DNA of 64,000 nucleotides from Lingula anatina. Taxonomy: Eukaryota; Animalia; Brachiopoda. The notes below the pieces were generated by a model. It made no database searches and was not told the origin of the DNA. It saw only the letters and a list, made by a program, of their open reading frames with translations. The DNA is taken from contig CM120647.1 of NCBI GenBank assembly GCA_051362555.1, positions 744,001-808,000 on the forward strand. The letters are read 5' to 3'. The number at the start of each line of letters is the position of its first letter. The stretch's first letter is position 1. Below are positions 1-14,800 of the stretch, one piece after another. A program made the position numbers and the translations under genes.

Positions 1-2300
1 GACCCAATCACGCTGATTTTCGAACTTGACCTGCGTATTATGAATATTCATCAGTTCTGTAAGTTTCAAGCCAAAAGGTAAAATGGTTTTCCACTTATCG
101 TGTTATCGGTGCTGCATATATGCTGAAAAAAGTGAAACAAGGCAGCAAAGCTGTCAAATGTACAGACAAAAAAAACAGAAAATAAAGATGCAAATAAGTG
201 AAAAATTAAATTTTCACAAAAAACTGTTAAATTGCCAGAAAATTTTACCAAACAGACTGCGTTGCCTATTGAAGCTGTATGTTAGACCCATGTTTCTTTC
301 CTGTAAGTTTGAGAACAGTAAGTGACATGATTTCCCTTACATGGTCATCATAGGAGCAGTGCACAAAATAGGGGTTTCTTCAAATTTTGATGCAACATTA
401 CATAATGTTTAACAGCATAATGACAATCAAATGTTATTAATAAAATATTAGTAACATGGACATTCAGAAAATGTGACAAGCAAAAGTCTTCAAGATCATG
501 CAACTTTAAAGTCACACCTTGTAAATGCCAATATGTGAAAAATTAAATTTTCACAAAAAACTGTTTAACTGCCAAAAAAAAAAAAAAAAAAAACCAAACA
601 GACTGCATTGCCTACTGAAGCTGTATTTTAGTCCCATGTTTCTTTCCTGTAAGTTTGAGAACAGTAAGTGACATGATTTTCCTTAAATGGTCAGCATGGA
701 AGCAGTGCCCAAAATAGGGGTTTCTTAAAATTTTGATGCAATATTACATAATGTTTAACAGCTTAATGACCATCAATTTTTAATTATAAAATATTTGTAT
801 CACAGATATTCAGAAAATGTGACTAGCAAAGGTCTTCAGGCCCATGGAACTTCAAAGTCACACCTTGAAAATGTAAACAAGACAGCACTGTTCTGAAATG
901 GGTTTATTTCCATTTTAACACTTTTTAAACATAAAACAAAATAAACATTTTACTGCCATTTTTATATGACCAACTAAGAAAATTGATGAGATGGGAAAAG
1001 TATCAATAGAACATAGAACAGTGTTAAATGTCCAATTTCCTCCATTCTGAGATTCTGAACATAGTGGATGATTGAATCTGAAAAACTGCAATGATATGAG
1101 TTTATTTCCATTTTTGACACTTTATTACACAATACATGATGACAAGTTTACCATGTTTTTTACATAATCAACTAACAATGCTGTAAAGATGCAGGAAATA
1201 TCAAACAAACACTTTTAGGCATCTTATTAGTTAAATAATGAGACTGTTAACATGCCTAATATTTGAATCTGAGGAAATGTGAAAAAACAGTATAACTTCT
1301 AAAATAATGGCCCGATTATGCTGATTTTCGAATTCAACCTGCGTTTTAGTAAGATTGACCACTCCTGTGAGTATAATTACAATTGGCCAATCCGTTTTTC
1401 TTATATTGTGTTATCAGTGTTGCATTTATATTGAAAATAGTGAAAAAAACAGCATAAATTCCCTAAAAAAGGCCCAATCATGCTGATTTTCGAATTTGAC
1501 CTGCGTATTATGAATATTCATCAGTTCTGTAAGTTTCAAGTCAAAAGGTAAAATGCTTTTCCACTTATCGTGTTATCGGTGCTGCATATATGCTGAAAAA
1601 AGTGAAAAAACAGCATAAATTCCCTAAAAATGGCCCAATCATGCTGATTTTTTAACTTGACCTGCATATTATGAATATTCATCAGTTCTGTAAGTTACAA
1701 GTCAAAAGGTAAAATGGTTTTCCACTTATCGTGTTATCGGTGCTGCATATATGCTGAAAAGTGAAAAAACAGCATAAATTCCCTAAAAGTGACCCAATCA
1801 TGCTGATTTTCGAACTTGACCTGCGTATTATGAATATTCATCAGTTCTGTAAGTTTCAAGTCAAAATGTAAATGGTTTTCCACTTATCGTGTTATCGGTG
1901 CTGTATATATGCTGAAAAAAGTGAAAAAACAGCATAAATTCCCTAAAAGTGACCCGATCATGCTGATTTTCAAACTTGACCTGCATATTATGAATATTCA
2001 TCAGTTCTGTAAGTTACAAGTCAAAAGGTAAAATGGTTTTCCACTTATTGTGTTATCGGTGCTGCATATATGCTGAAAAGTGAAAAAACAGCTTAAATTC
2101 CCTGTAAGTGACCCGATCATGCTGATTTTCGAACTCGACCTGCGTATTACGAATATTCATCAGTTCTGTAAGTTTCAAGCCAAAAGAAAAAACAGTTTTC
2201 CACTTATCGTGTTATCAATAAAAGTGCACGGCGACGACGGCGACGACGACAGACACAGATGATGGCTATATGTACAGACACATCTGTGTCTGTACATAAA
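1..2300. mobile_element. Helitron/Helentron-like non-autonomous element with internal ~160-bp tandem repeats
   Basis: Unit gacccaatcatgctgattttcgaacttgacctgcg... occurs about 5 times at 1470-2220 and again at 1-135. The element ends in (GAC)n, a perfect 14-bp hairpin TATGTACAGACACA-tc-TGTGTCTGTACATA (2269-2298) and an A-run. Confidence 0.65.
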
Positions 2301-2303
2301 AAA

Positions 2304-2413
2304 CCCTGGATTAACTTTGAATGCAGGAATGGGGTCGTTGACCATTGGTAAGTACTGAAAATTGCCGTTTTTTCCAGGAAAATTTTTGGCCAAAACGAAG
2401 AGTTATTATGACT
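2304..2413. mobile_element. Right end of a Kolobok-like element (same family as 27138-27787)
   Basis: Near-identical to 27673-27787; ends ...gagttattatgact followed by TTAA. Confidence 0.7.
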
Positions 2414-2476
2414 TTAATGATTTATAAAAAGACTAGAGTAATACATGTATGTACTATATACAACATTGATACTTAC

Positions 2477-2907
2477 CCACTCCTGGGATGTTTACTGGGA
2501 CTGACTCCGATACTGAATCTTTCCTCTTCCTGTGTCGTCTTTTAAAACTGGTTGCTGTTAAAACTGGATGATAGGGGAACGAATCATCTTTTCTCTGTTC
2601 TGGTATGGGTTTGTCATCAACAGATGTTTCATCTCCTTCTCCTTTGACATCCATGAACTCCCATTCTTCTCCATCTGATGAGGTTTCATCACTGGTGTCA
2701 CTTTCAGAAAATTCAAAGTAATCTGGTCCTGCAGCACGTGCTGTAATCTTGGAGTATGCTATGTTGTTGTCTGCATCTTGCTGGTCTTTCTGTTGCTTCA
2801 GATATGCCATGGAGAAGACCTCACAGTTGTAAGGAGGCAGGTAAGTCAGCTCTTCATCCTGGGTCTCACTAGGTATCATGGCCTTTATGGCAATTTCTAC
2901 ATTGTAC
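2477..2907 (-). CDS. Exon: acidic low-complexity segment with basic cluster; gene continues off the window
   Basis: Phase-2 acceptor fits the previous exon. Contains ESDTSDETSSDGEEWE and KRRHRKRK. Strong donor G|GTAAGT at 2477; no downstream exon found in 1-2476. Confidence 0.8.
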
Positions 2908-5111
2908 CTGCAATATATCAATACATACAATACGCAGGTTACAATTTATTTTTAACATTATTGGTACTTTTAAAGGTTCTTTGCTTAAGTACAGTAACTA
3001 ATGACTATATAAAGTACCCCATGTATGTGTTTTATAAGTCACCCATTTCTTTTAAAAGTGAAGAGGTTAAGGTCCTCAGTTAATGCATATCTTATCAATG
3101 GAATAAGCCAGGATGTTTAGAGGGTGGATAGGTATGGGTAGGGGTGGATTGTTGCTGTTTTTCTTTGAGGACCCCCATGAGCTAAAAAAACTTGTGTCAA
3201 ATGGTTGATTTTGGGAATTGCATCATATGTTCATGCATTACATGTAAATTACTGTGGACCTCATTGAGTCTTGTTTCCACATCTTGGGTGGAAAAGAGAC
3301 CTTAGTCCGCCATTTTGAAAATAACTTATACCTGAAGTCCAAATCCTGGGTACTCTCTTCATAGTCTGTTCCCTGTGTCATGGTTTTTATGATGTCATCA
3401 ATGGAGGGTGTCTCTTTATCCTTTAATGCTCCCAGCAGTTTGAACTTGTCTGGCAGCTGACGAAATGTTTCAGCATCTGCTATTGCCTCTCTGATGTCAT
3501 GAACTAAGTTAGAAAGTTTACTTCTACTCTGATGCTTTTCTTTTTCCATGAGCTGTTTCAATCTTGTGAGAAACCTTTTCATACTGCAAAACTCTGATAG
3601 ACCTTGCTTTTTCAAGTCTGCACACAAAGCTTCTGACAGATGTTTGCGGAACTGGTTGATGTGGTCCAGTATCTCCTCTGTAAGCTCTGATGCTTCTGGT
3701 ATTGCAAATCTGTGTCTGAACAGCTCCAGGTGCGTGATTCTCTGTCTCCAGATGTCTACAATAAACCGTGTCGAGAAGTGCTTTGGTTGGAAGGTGAGCA
3801 TCAAGTAGAGAGCTAACATATTTCCCTCATCTTGAGGCAGGACGGTCATCCCATTGATAAACCCCACAGACGGTTTCCAGTTGATAAAATTGTGAGCAAC
3901 AGCCAGATATGTTCGCTGATCTAGATCACATGCTGAGGCAAATGGTGCACGCCAATCTGGATACCCAGTACATGGATACTCCCTCTGTTCAGGACTCATC
4001 ATGTCTGTCCCTCTAATACTTAGCACAGACCAGTGGATACGGTAAGGATGCATTGGCTGCTCTAAAGTAATCAGTCTTTTTTCACCTGGGAAGATGATGC
4101 TTTGGCGTCCTTCACTAAACTTGAAGAGGCTATGGGCATCTTTCGTGATGTCATGAAATATTTTAGACTCCCCTGGCCCTGCTCCTGTATAATGAATGAA
4201 AATTGATCCCTTTTCTGCTGGTTTCAGTTCTGGCAATGTTTGATGGGAAAAGATGCACAGTTTTGCCAGCTCTTTCATTGCTCTAAGTTTGCATTCATTA
4301 TTTATGCCATGCATTGCAGATTTTGCTGGGACATATATTGTACGCTCCATGTCCATCTTATTTGCCTTCATTTTTGTCTTCAAATTTGTATACTCCTTGA
4401 AGGGGTAGACATCTGTTTTGACATAATGGAGCTTGTTCATGGTTTCACCAACAAGAAATGCTGGGTGTAGAGCTGCCAGAAGCAATGCCTTCAGATCAAG
4501 TTGGGCAGAACTGATGAAGAGTTCTGAGGGATGGAAGAAATCTGTTTGGCTGGTAACACGAGGGTTGTCAACTTCCCTTGTGTCAGAAATAAAGAAAACC
4601 AAAGCACGGATCTTGCAGGCAATGCTCTGATCTGATACATATTTCAGAACTGAACTTGCCAAACGTGTTATCAAGCTTTCATAGGCATTTAATCTGCTCA
4701 AACTGACAGCATTATTCTCGCAGAATTCCTTTTTAATATCCCAAATGGATACTGTATCCACAATCATCCTACCCTTTTCATCATAGATCCACTCTAACCA
4801 TTTCTTGAATAAGTTCAGTAATGCAATTGGCTCTGAGCATGCACCCCCATCAAACTTGCGTCTGGACTTCTCTGACCTACGAAGGGATTTGACAAATTCC
4901 TTTGTGTTCTTTATGACTTTCTTAGTGGGCATCATGAAGGGATCCTTTGATGCTAGCGCTGCCGCTAGAATGATACCTTCCACTGGGCATCCAAACAGAA
5001 TGCCGTACAGAACCAACCTGGACAGTTTCAGATCCACTGGAAGCTGCATCGCAAGGTGACCCAGCATAGTGATGCTGGACCTATCAGAGTTTTCTAAAAT
5101 AATAATAATAA

Positions 5112-5146
<35 letters not shown>

Positions 5147-8100
5147 AAAAGGAAAAGATAAATCTAAAATTTTAATTGAATTCAATAATATGTATGCAAA
5201 ATGTTAATATCAAAGCTCAAAAGTAGGTTAAATCCAAGGTCGCATTGAAAATTCCCAATATGTGACTTCCTATTCAAGTTCAACAATTACTATTTGAAGA
5301 GCGCATCTCTGCTGCATTTGGAGATACAATAGATAGAAAAAGTGAAGTTCATGGCAAAACGTTAATCAAAGGTAAAATTTAAGGTCAAATTAGATTCCCA
5401 TTTTATGAGTCATCATTAAAGTTCTTCCTTTTGGAGATAAAATGATTTGAATAATTGTAAAGTGCAGTTCTTGGCAAATCATTTTCACATAGAGATTACA
5501 AATATTTCAGTTCCTACATAAGTTCAAAATTAACTGTTTGTATTTCTGCTAGGTTTGGAGATATAAGGGCTACAAACTTTGCAAAGTTCAGTTTATGGTG
5601 AAAAGGTGAAAAGTAGGTCAAAGGTCAAGTTCAAGGTTAGAATAAGATTGGGAATACTTGATTTGCTATTCATGATTCAAGGTAACTGTGGCTGTGTCTC
5701 TGCTAGTTTTTGAGCATTTCAACTTTAATTTTGAAAATTTTTACCATTGAACATAGCCAAGTTGTACATGCACGTGTACTTTTTGAAATAGTGCAACTCC
5801 TAAACTGCATGAAAGAAAATCAGACTCAACACTTGGTTTTCCGCTTGACAAGCTCTACAAAATGCAAGAACAAAAAGTTCTCGAGCATTTAGGATCCTAG
5901 AATTAGAGAAATTCTCAGTTTCATTATCTAACGGCTGTTTCTCATGGGAAAATGCATTGGTTACTCTCAAACTCACAAATAGAGAGAACAAAAGTGGAAA
6001 TCCTCACCATAATGTAAAAGCTTAGGTCTATGCAGTTCTCAAAAGCAGCAAAAACAAATATAATGCAAATGAAATTAATTTTTGGCATATCTGACCTTGA
6101 AATAGGGGTCAAAGCTCAAATCCAAGGACATATCTGAAATATTTACCCAGCGGGCACTCAACGTTGATTCAACATTGAGGATAGGTTGAGATGATGTTGA
6201 TCCATCAATATTGATAGATCAACAAGATCTCAACATTGAATCAACCTTTTCTTGTCAACCAATTTTCAATGTTGATAGATCAACAGGATTTCAACATTGA
6301 ATCAACCTTTTCTTGTCAACCAATTGTCAATGTTGATAGATCAACAGGGTCTCAACATTGATTTTACCTTTCTTTGTCAATCAGTTTTCAATGTTGATAG
6401 ATCAACAGGATTTCAACATTGAATCAACCTGTGTTTGTAAACCCTTTGTCAATGTTAACATATCAACTGGATCTCAACATTGGGCCAACCTTAACTGTAT
6501 AACCTTAATCATAACCTTGATAATAGTTTTAAATGATTATCTCACTAGGGAGGTATGCATAGGGGTAATTACCCCTCATAAAACGCTTGTTTTACCCCTT
6601 TTTCATTAAAATTAATTTTGTGAAAAAAGCGGTCGTCAGTTTTTTTCAAATTTTCCACAGGTTATCTTTAAGAAAAAGAAAAAAACATAGGGTCACCAGC
6701 CTTACTTTATGGCAAATTGACAAAATTTTACTCAAGGTTGAAGAAAAAGCTTGAAAAGGCCAAAAATGCCTGTTTTTCTGGAAATTTAAGTTAGCTGTGA
6801 GAAAAAAATTAGACTGGTGACCCTTTGTTTTTGTATTCTTCAAATTATCTTAACTACCTGATGTGACGTTATAATTATTTTAGTAAAGCTAATTTGTTGT
6901 TTAATTTTTATGAGTTATTACTGTATGTGCCTGCACACTTGTATAATGTAAATGAAGTGTGGGACTGTTATTAAGTGCGAGACTCCGGATAACATGAACT
7001 GATGCAACACGTGAGTGTGGACAGTGTGTAACACTTTTACAGTACAAAAACTGTACTTTATTAACAGTACCTTGTGAGGCCACACTATCAGGGGGATCGT
7101 TCAACAGATAAGGACATGGAAAACGGTGACATTGCGTCTTCAAAACTCCACACTAATACTATCAGAAGGATCGTTCAACAGATAAGGACATGGAAAACGG
7201 TGACATTGCGTCTTCAAAACCACACATTATCAGGAGGAACGTTTAACAGAAAAGAACTCGTAAAACTGTGACATTGCGTCTTCAAAACTTAACTGTCTAC
7301 AAATCTGTTAGAATTTAATTGTATTTGACAAATGTTAAAGTTTATGCAACATGATAGTATTACATTTAGTTAGTTTATGTAGTGTATGTTCATTGTCTGT
7401 AATATATTATATTCATAGTTAAGTTAGTTGTTGTTTGTGTTTTTTTATGTTCGGGCTGTTTTGGTCCGTAACACTGAGCATCACACTGGAAAGTTTAAAA
7501 AGAATCTGAAGACCCATAGGTGGATACAGGGGCCGGTCCCGGGGTCTGGACCCCCCTTTTCTTCCGAAATTACCTTTTTTTGTAGGTAATCTTCCTAATT
7601 CCCCCCCCCCCCCTTTTCAGATCTGAGTCTTTTTATTTCAAGAAATGCTTGATATCTTGGAGAACACCTTCAGCCATCAGGCATATTTCAATCAAATATC
7701 GTGATAGCCTAATTGATATATCAACGTTGATTCAATTTTCAAATTCAACTTTATTTCAACATTGATTCAACATTGAGGTATCAATGTTGATTCAACATTG
7801 ATACTTCAAGGTTGTTTCAACCTTGTTGGTTCAAGGTTGATTCAACCTTGATGGTTCAAGGTTGATTCAACCTTGATGGTTCAACGTTGATTCAACTTTC
7901 ATAGTCAACGTCATATCAACATAGTTTCAACCTTGACTGCCAACGTTGATTCAACATTGATGGTTCAACGTTGAATCAACTTTCATAGTCAACGTCATAT
8001 CAACATAGTTTCAACGTTGACCATCAACGTTGATTCAACATTGATACCTCAAGGTTGATTCAACCTTGATGGTTCAACGTTGAGTCAACTTTCATAGTCA

Positions 8101-11100
8101 ATGTCATATCAACATAGTTTAAACATTGACCATCAACGTTGATTCAACATTGATTCAATGTTGATTTGCCCGCTGGGTACATGACTTTCGGTCAAACTTT
8201 TAAAGTAACTTTTCAAATATTTACTTCCGTTTGGAAGATATTTGGCATTTATTTTCCAAAACAAATGACAAGGGTGCATTGCAACAAGCATCTAGGCAGA
8301 TTCACAAATAGAGCCCAAAATCTAGGTTGATTTATTTGAGATTATATGTGACCCAATTCCAAGAGACGAGGTCACAGGTCCTTGTGCTCAAGGAGGACAA
8401 GCAGTAATGGTTACTTGATTCTGCTGATATGACACAGACCCTGCAGAAGCCAGAGTAGGATGAGGCAGAAGGAAAGTACCACCAGGGTTCACGCTGCTAA
8501 TACTAATAATGTCAAACTCACAGATTCACCTTTAAGTCACACCTATCACATTCACACCTATCTGGCACATCACTCCCTAGGGATTGTAATTCTGCAAATG
8601 AGGGTCTGTTTAGACAAGACACTTTGTTAAGTGAAGCAATGCATTTCAGTATGCCATTTCTTTACCTGTGAAAGCTCCATTCTCCCATAAAACTTTAATT
8701 CCATCATCAATATTCGAGATGTCTGGTGGTTCTATTGTGTCCTGAAGTATTTCCTTTGATCTCAAATCAGGGAAAGCATTTGTTGCAGCCTGTCTGGCTT
8801 TGAGCACCACCTTCTCCAGAGGAGCAGTCTGGATGTCTGGCTTGTCAAAGTTCTCCAACTCTCTGTAAAGCTTTCTGGTGTACAGCCTAATAACAAGGTT
8901 GCCTTCCTCAAACACTCTACCAGTACGGCCTGTAAAGGATAATAGTCAGAAAACTTGGTAAGTAATAGCAGTAATTATTTATTTGGTAATTCATCGTAGA
9001 ATTGAACTATTCAATAAATTAAACCACATTAGCATCTGTATTTGTGAAATTTTTTCTTGCATTCCAACAATTCAGTTTGAACATGCATATAAAAATTCAG
9101 ACTAAGTATTGAAGAAAAAGTAAATGAAAACAAAGAACTTCATAAATTGACAGCCTTAATGCCTTTGCAACAAATCAATGAACCTCCAACAGTAAGCTAC
9201 TCAAATCGACAGAAAATATAACAAACTGTAAGACCTCGATTGTTGATGACTGCGCTATGCCTGACACTTACAGGAGATTGCTTCTACACATGTGCTCAAT
9301 AATCTACTTTAAATGATTCATAAAAACAGCATATCCCATTTGGTGCCTTTTGCCATATATTAGCAATATTAAACTCCAACTTCCAAATGTTTTCCGTTAT
9401 TTGAAACATTTAACTAGTAGTTTCAACTGTTTTAACAGGTATGGTGTTATACCTTTCCTCTGTTTGGCAGATGCCTTAGAGATATGTGTACGCTGTAGAG
9501 TGGTCAGTCTGCTCGTCACATCATACACTGGCTGTCTCTTCCACCCTAGGTCAATTACCACACGTACTTGGGGCACTGTCACAGCATTCTCAGCTATGTT
9601 GGTTGTCAGGACAACATGGCCGCAATTGGCTTCTGGTGCTTTGAATGCATCTCCCTGATCTTCTGGTGGGATCTATAACAGAAATTAATAAAGGACATGA
9701 CTGGAATGAAAAAACATAGAAAAAAGGCTTCTTACCAATATCAATGCACATATAACATACAAATTATTTCATTTGTATCAAAATATACAAATTAAAGCCT
9801 GCATATCTGTTTGATACTAAAGAAATAAACCTGATAGACATTTAAAGATCTATTCAATGCTGGATGAAGCATATTAAATGAGTGTTAGATATCACTGAGT
9901 GTGTTGTGAGGCAGGATTCATCACATGATCAGGTTTTGATAAAATGAATTTGACAACATTACCTGTGAATGCAATACAATCACCCTCAGATGGTCCACAG
10001 GCCACTCCGCAGGGGGATTTGGCTCAAACTCTCCAAGTGCATCCCCCAACTTTTCAATACTTAACATACCTAAAACATACATAACACTTAAAAAAACTAT
10101 TTTTTTGAGTGAAATGTGTCACAAATATACGTACCTAAGATGACAGGGTAACCTTAAAAGGTGAATAACAATGTGTTAGGTATGACAGTGAGGTGTGAAT
10201 GTGTTAGATGTGACAGTGAGGTGTGAATGTGTTAGATGTGACAGTGAGGTGTGAATGTGTTAGATGTGACAGTGAGGTGTGAATGTGTTAGATGTGACAG
10301 TGAGGTGTGAATGTGTTAGATGTGACAGTGAGGTGTGAATGTGTTAGGTGTGACAGTGAGGTGTGAATGTGTTAGATGTGACAGTGAGGTGTGAATGTGT
10401 TAGGTGTGACAGTGAGGTGTGAATGTGTTAGATGTGACAGTGAGGTGTGAATGTGTTAGATGTGACAGTGAGGTGTGAATGTGTTAGATGTGACAGTGAG
10501 GTGTGAATGTGTTAGATGTGACAGTGAGATGTGAATGTGTTAGGTGTGACAGTGAGGTGTGAATGTGTTAGATGTGACAGTGAGATGTGAATGTGTTAGG
10601 TGTGACAGTGAGGTGTGAATGTGTTAGATGTGACAGTGAGGTGTGAATGTGTTAGATGTGACAGTAAGGTGTGAATGTGTTAGATAAGACAGTAAGGTGT
10701 GAATGTGCTAGATGTGACAGTGAGGTGTGAATGTGTTAGATGTGACAGTGAGGAATGAATGTTTTAGCTTTGACAGTGAGCTATGAATATTTTAGGTGTG
10801 ACAGTGAGGTGTGAATGTGTTGGATGTGACAGTGAGGTGTGAATGTGTTAGATGTGACAGTGAGATGTGAATGTGTTAGATGTGACAGTGAGATGTGAAT
10901 GTGTTAGGTGTGACAGTGAAATGTGAATGTGTTAGATGTGACAGTAAGATGTGAATGTGTTAGGTGTGACAGTGAGGTGTGAATGTGTTAGGTGTGACAG
11001 TGAGATGTGAATGTGTTAGATGTGACAGTGAGGTGTGAATGTGTTAGATGTGACAGTGAGGTGTGAATGTGTTAGATGTGACAGTGAGGTTATGAATATT

Positions 11101-11823
11101 TAAGGTGTAACAGTGTGGCGTGAATGTTTTAGCTTTGAGAGTGAGATGTGAATGGGTTAGGTGTAACAGTGAAGTAAGAGAAAAAAGTAAGTTCCTTATG
11201 GAAATCTTACCATCCAAAAATACCACCAAAGTTTCTCCAGGCTTCAGGTATTCTTGTATAAGAGAAACAACTATTCGTTCCAAAGCGTAACTCCTTTTTT
11301 TCACTGCAGATTCATGAAGCTCTCCATGATCACTGAAGATCTTTTCTCTGAGGTTTGAGTATACTGCCCTAAAACCAAAACCACGCAAAAATATTAAATG
11401 AATATACTTAAAACACAACAGTCTCCGATTTGTAAATGACAAGTAATTAGACACAGAGAATGGCAGACATCACGGGATGGCTAGAGTGTCTGCATCCGGA
11501 GTGGAAGGAGTGGGTCTGACCCTCTCCTGGGTACCTTATAAATGGTACCTGCTGTCTCCTCGCTTGACACTCAGCACGTAGGGGTTGAAGCAGGGTTCCT
11601 GATCAGGCAAAGAAACATATTGTAAGCTTGGTAACATTCAGCACCTCATATGGCAGTGGGATTGAATCCTCCCTAGGGAGAAGACATCCTCAACAGATGG
11701 TAATGACCAGGTATGATACTGTTATATGTGTACCACTACCTACTATAAAGACTACAGCCTACTGAACAGATTTGGGATTTAGACTTTAAACAATAAATAT
11801 GTTTATTTGAATTTCTTTCTTTG

Positions 11824-11855
<32 letters not shown>

Positions 11856-14800
11856 TAGAGGATCAGAGAGGCGATACCGCCTCCGAATATTGTACCACCA
11901 GCTGGAGCAAGCGCATTCGTATAGACCCCCACATACACAAAATAAGGGGTGCAGCCACCAGTCTTGTGCTTGACAAGCTGTAAAAATGCAATCAACAAGA
12001 ATTTTCAAAATATGCAAAAAATATATATAACTAAAAATGGTGCAATCAAAGTTAAGTTCATTGTAAGGTAGGTCAAAGGTCAATTTCAAGGTCACAGTAA
12101 ATTGCCAGTATATGACTTCCTATCCAACTTCAATAGTAACTATGGACCTATCTCTGCCAGTTTTGGAGATAAAAGGGAAGCAAAATTTGCAAAGTTCAGT
12201 TCATGGTGAAAAGTAGGTCAAAGGTCAATTTCAAGGTCACAGTAAGATTGCCAGTATATGACTTCCTATTCAACTTCAATAGTAACTATGGACCTATCTC
12301 TGCCAGTTTTGGAGATAAAAGGGAAGCAAAATTTGCAAAGTTCAGTTCATGGTGAAAAGTAGGTCAAAGGTCAATTTCAAGGTCACATTTAGATTGCCAG
12401 TATATGACTTCCTATTCAACTTCAATAGTAACTATGGACCTATCTCTGCCAGTTTTGGAGATAAAAGGGAAGCAAAATTTGCAAAGTTCAGTTCATGGTG
12501 AAAAGAAGGTCAAAGGTCAATTTCAAGGTCACAGTAAAATTGCCAGTATATGACTTCCTATGCAAGTTCAATAGTAACTATGGACCTATCTCTGCCAGTT
12601 TTGGAGATAAAAGGGAAGCAAATTTTGCAAAGTTCAGTTCAAGGTGAAAAGTAGGTCAAAGGTCAATTTCAAGGTCACAGTAAAATTGCCAGTATATGAC
12701 TTCCTATTCAAGTTCAATAGTAACTATGGACCTATCTCTGCCAGTTTTGGAGATAAAAGGGAAGCAAAATTTGCAAAGTTCAGTTCATGGTGATAAGTAG
12801 GTCAAAGGTCAATTTCAAGGTCACAGTAAGATTGCCAGTATATGACTTCCTATTCAACTTCAATAGTAACTATGGACCTATCTCTGCCAGTTTTGGAGAT
12901 AAAAGGGAAGCAAAATTTGCAAAGTTAAGTTCATGGTGAAAAGTAGGTCAAAGGTCAATGTCAAGGTCACAGTAAGATTGCCAGTATATGACTTCCTATT
13001 CAACTTCAATAGTAACTATGGACCTATCTCTGCCAGTTTTGGAGATATAAGGGACTAAATGTTATAATTTTGGAGTTACCATAATGTGCCATAAATTTCC
13101 TACAGAAAAAATTAATTAAAATAAAGAAAAGGTCATTTTGGTCAAAGTTCTTGAAATGGGAGGTTCTCTGAAGTTGCAGAAGTTTAAATTTGATAAAATA
13201 ATGTCATTTTTGACCACAAGTTGTCTGCTTTGCCAAGCATTATGTTTTATTTTTCCGGAGTTCAAAATTTATTATCCATTACCGTACTGCACATTTTTAC
13301 GGAAGCCGACTGGTGCCATATGTTGAAAAAAAAAATTATCTCGAAATTTCGAGATAGCATTTTTTTTGTTCAAATTTCAAAATACTATCTCGAAATTTCG
13401 AGATAAATTTTTTTGCTCAAATATCAAAATGCTATCTCGAAATTTCGAGATAATTTTTTTTTTTGTTCAAATTTCAAAATGCTATCTCGAAATTTCGAGA
13501 TAAAAATTTTTTTTGTTCAAATTTCAAAATAGTATCTCGAAATTTCGAGATAATTTTTTTTTCTACATATGGCACCAGTCGGCTTCCGTACATTTTCCTT
13601 TCACCACCAATATGTACTTTCTGATACAGCGTAACTCGAAAACCGTATGGAATACAAAAAAACCGAGACCACCTCCAGTGTTGGGCTTTACATGCTCTAC
13701 AAAATGCAAAAAAGAATGGGTCTCTAGCATTAACGGTTCCCGAATTAGAGACAGTTTTCAGTTTCGGTATCTTATGGCCGCTACTCCTGTGAAAATGCAC
13801 CGATTGACCCCAAATTCACGGAGATGAAAGATGACCTGAAGGGTAACACTTTCCAATAATATTATTGGTTAAGTCTGTGTGGCGTCTGAATAACAGGGCA
13901 AAAAAATTTTTTTTCGTAAAAAATTTCATTTTTTTGAAAATTTTGACCCATTTGACCTTGAAGTAAAGGTCAAAGGTCAAATCCGAGGGTATATTTGAAA
14001 TCTACACATATGACTTTTGGAAAGCCGTCTATAGAAATTTTTCCCGTAACTCCTTCTGTAGGGTAGATAATTAGCATTTAATTTTGCCATTTTTAGACAA
14101 GGGTGCATTGCAATGAGTGCCACACCCAGACCCCAATACCGACAAAGCCCAAATTTTACGTGGAACGAGTTGAGATTATAGGTGACCTAAATCCATGAGA
14201 TGGGTACGGGGGCCCTTACCGTCTAGGAGGAGAAGCGGTAACGGTAACATGGCGGCGGAGCCGGCGGAACGGACCGGACGGGACCGAAACCATGTGTACC
14301 GCCAGCGCTAACGCTGGTGGTAAATTTTTTTGTTCAAATTTCAAAATAGTATCTCGAAATTTCGAGATAATTTTTTTTTCTACATATGGCACCAGTGGGC
14401 TTCCGTACATTTTCCTTTCACCACCAATATGTACTTTTTGATACAGCGTAACTCGAAAACCGTATGGAATACAAAAAAACCGAGACCAATTTCAGTGTTG
14501 GGCTTTACATGCTCTACAAAATGCAAAAAAGAATGGGTCTCTAGCATTAACGGTTCCCGAATTAGAGACAGTTTTCAGTTTCGGTATCTTATGGCCGCTA
14601 CTCCTGTGAAAATGCACCGATTGACGCCAAATTCACGGAGATGAAAGATGACCTGAAGGGTAACACTTTCCAATAATATTATTGGTTAAGTCTGTGTGGT
14701 GTCTGAATAACAGGGCAAAAAATTTTTTTTTCGTAAAAAATTTCATTTTTTTGAAAATTTTGGCCCATTTGACCTTGAAGTAAAGGTCAAAGGTCAAATC

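Noticed and set aside
3548-5059. Plus-strand ORFs overlapping the large helicase exon (likewise the minus-strand ORFs inside BEL pol and Gypsy gag/env)
   Set aside because: Antisense shadows of real coding frames.
10172-11170. Regular 28-bp repeats resembling a CRISPR array
   Set aside because: Head-to-tail tandem units with no unique spacers, no cas genes, and located in a eukaryotic intron.
13330-13560. Spaced palindromic repeats resembling CRISPR repeats
   Set aside because: The intervening sequences are near-identical to each other, and the array lies within MITE TIRs.
13474-14644. Duplicated 104-aa ORFs
   Set aside because: They arise from the tandem duplication of non-coding repeat sequence and have no protein motifs.
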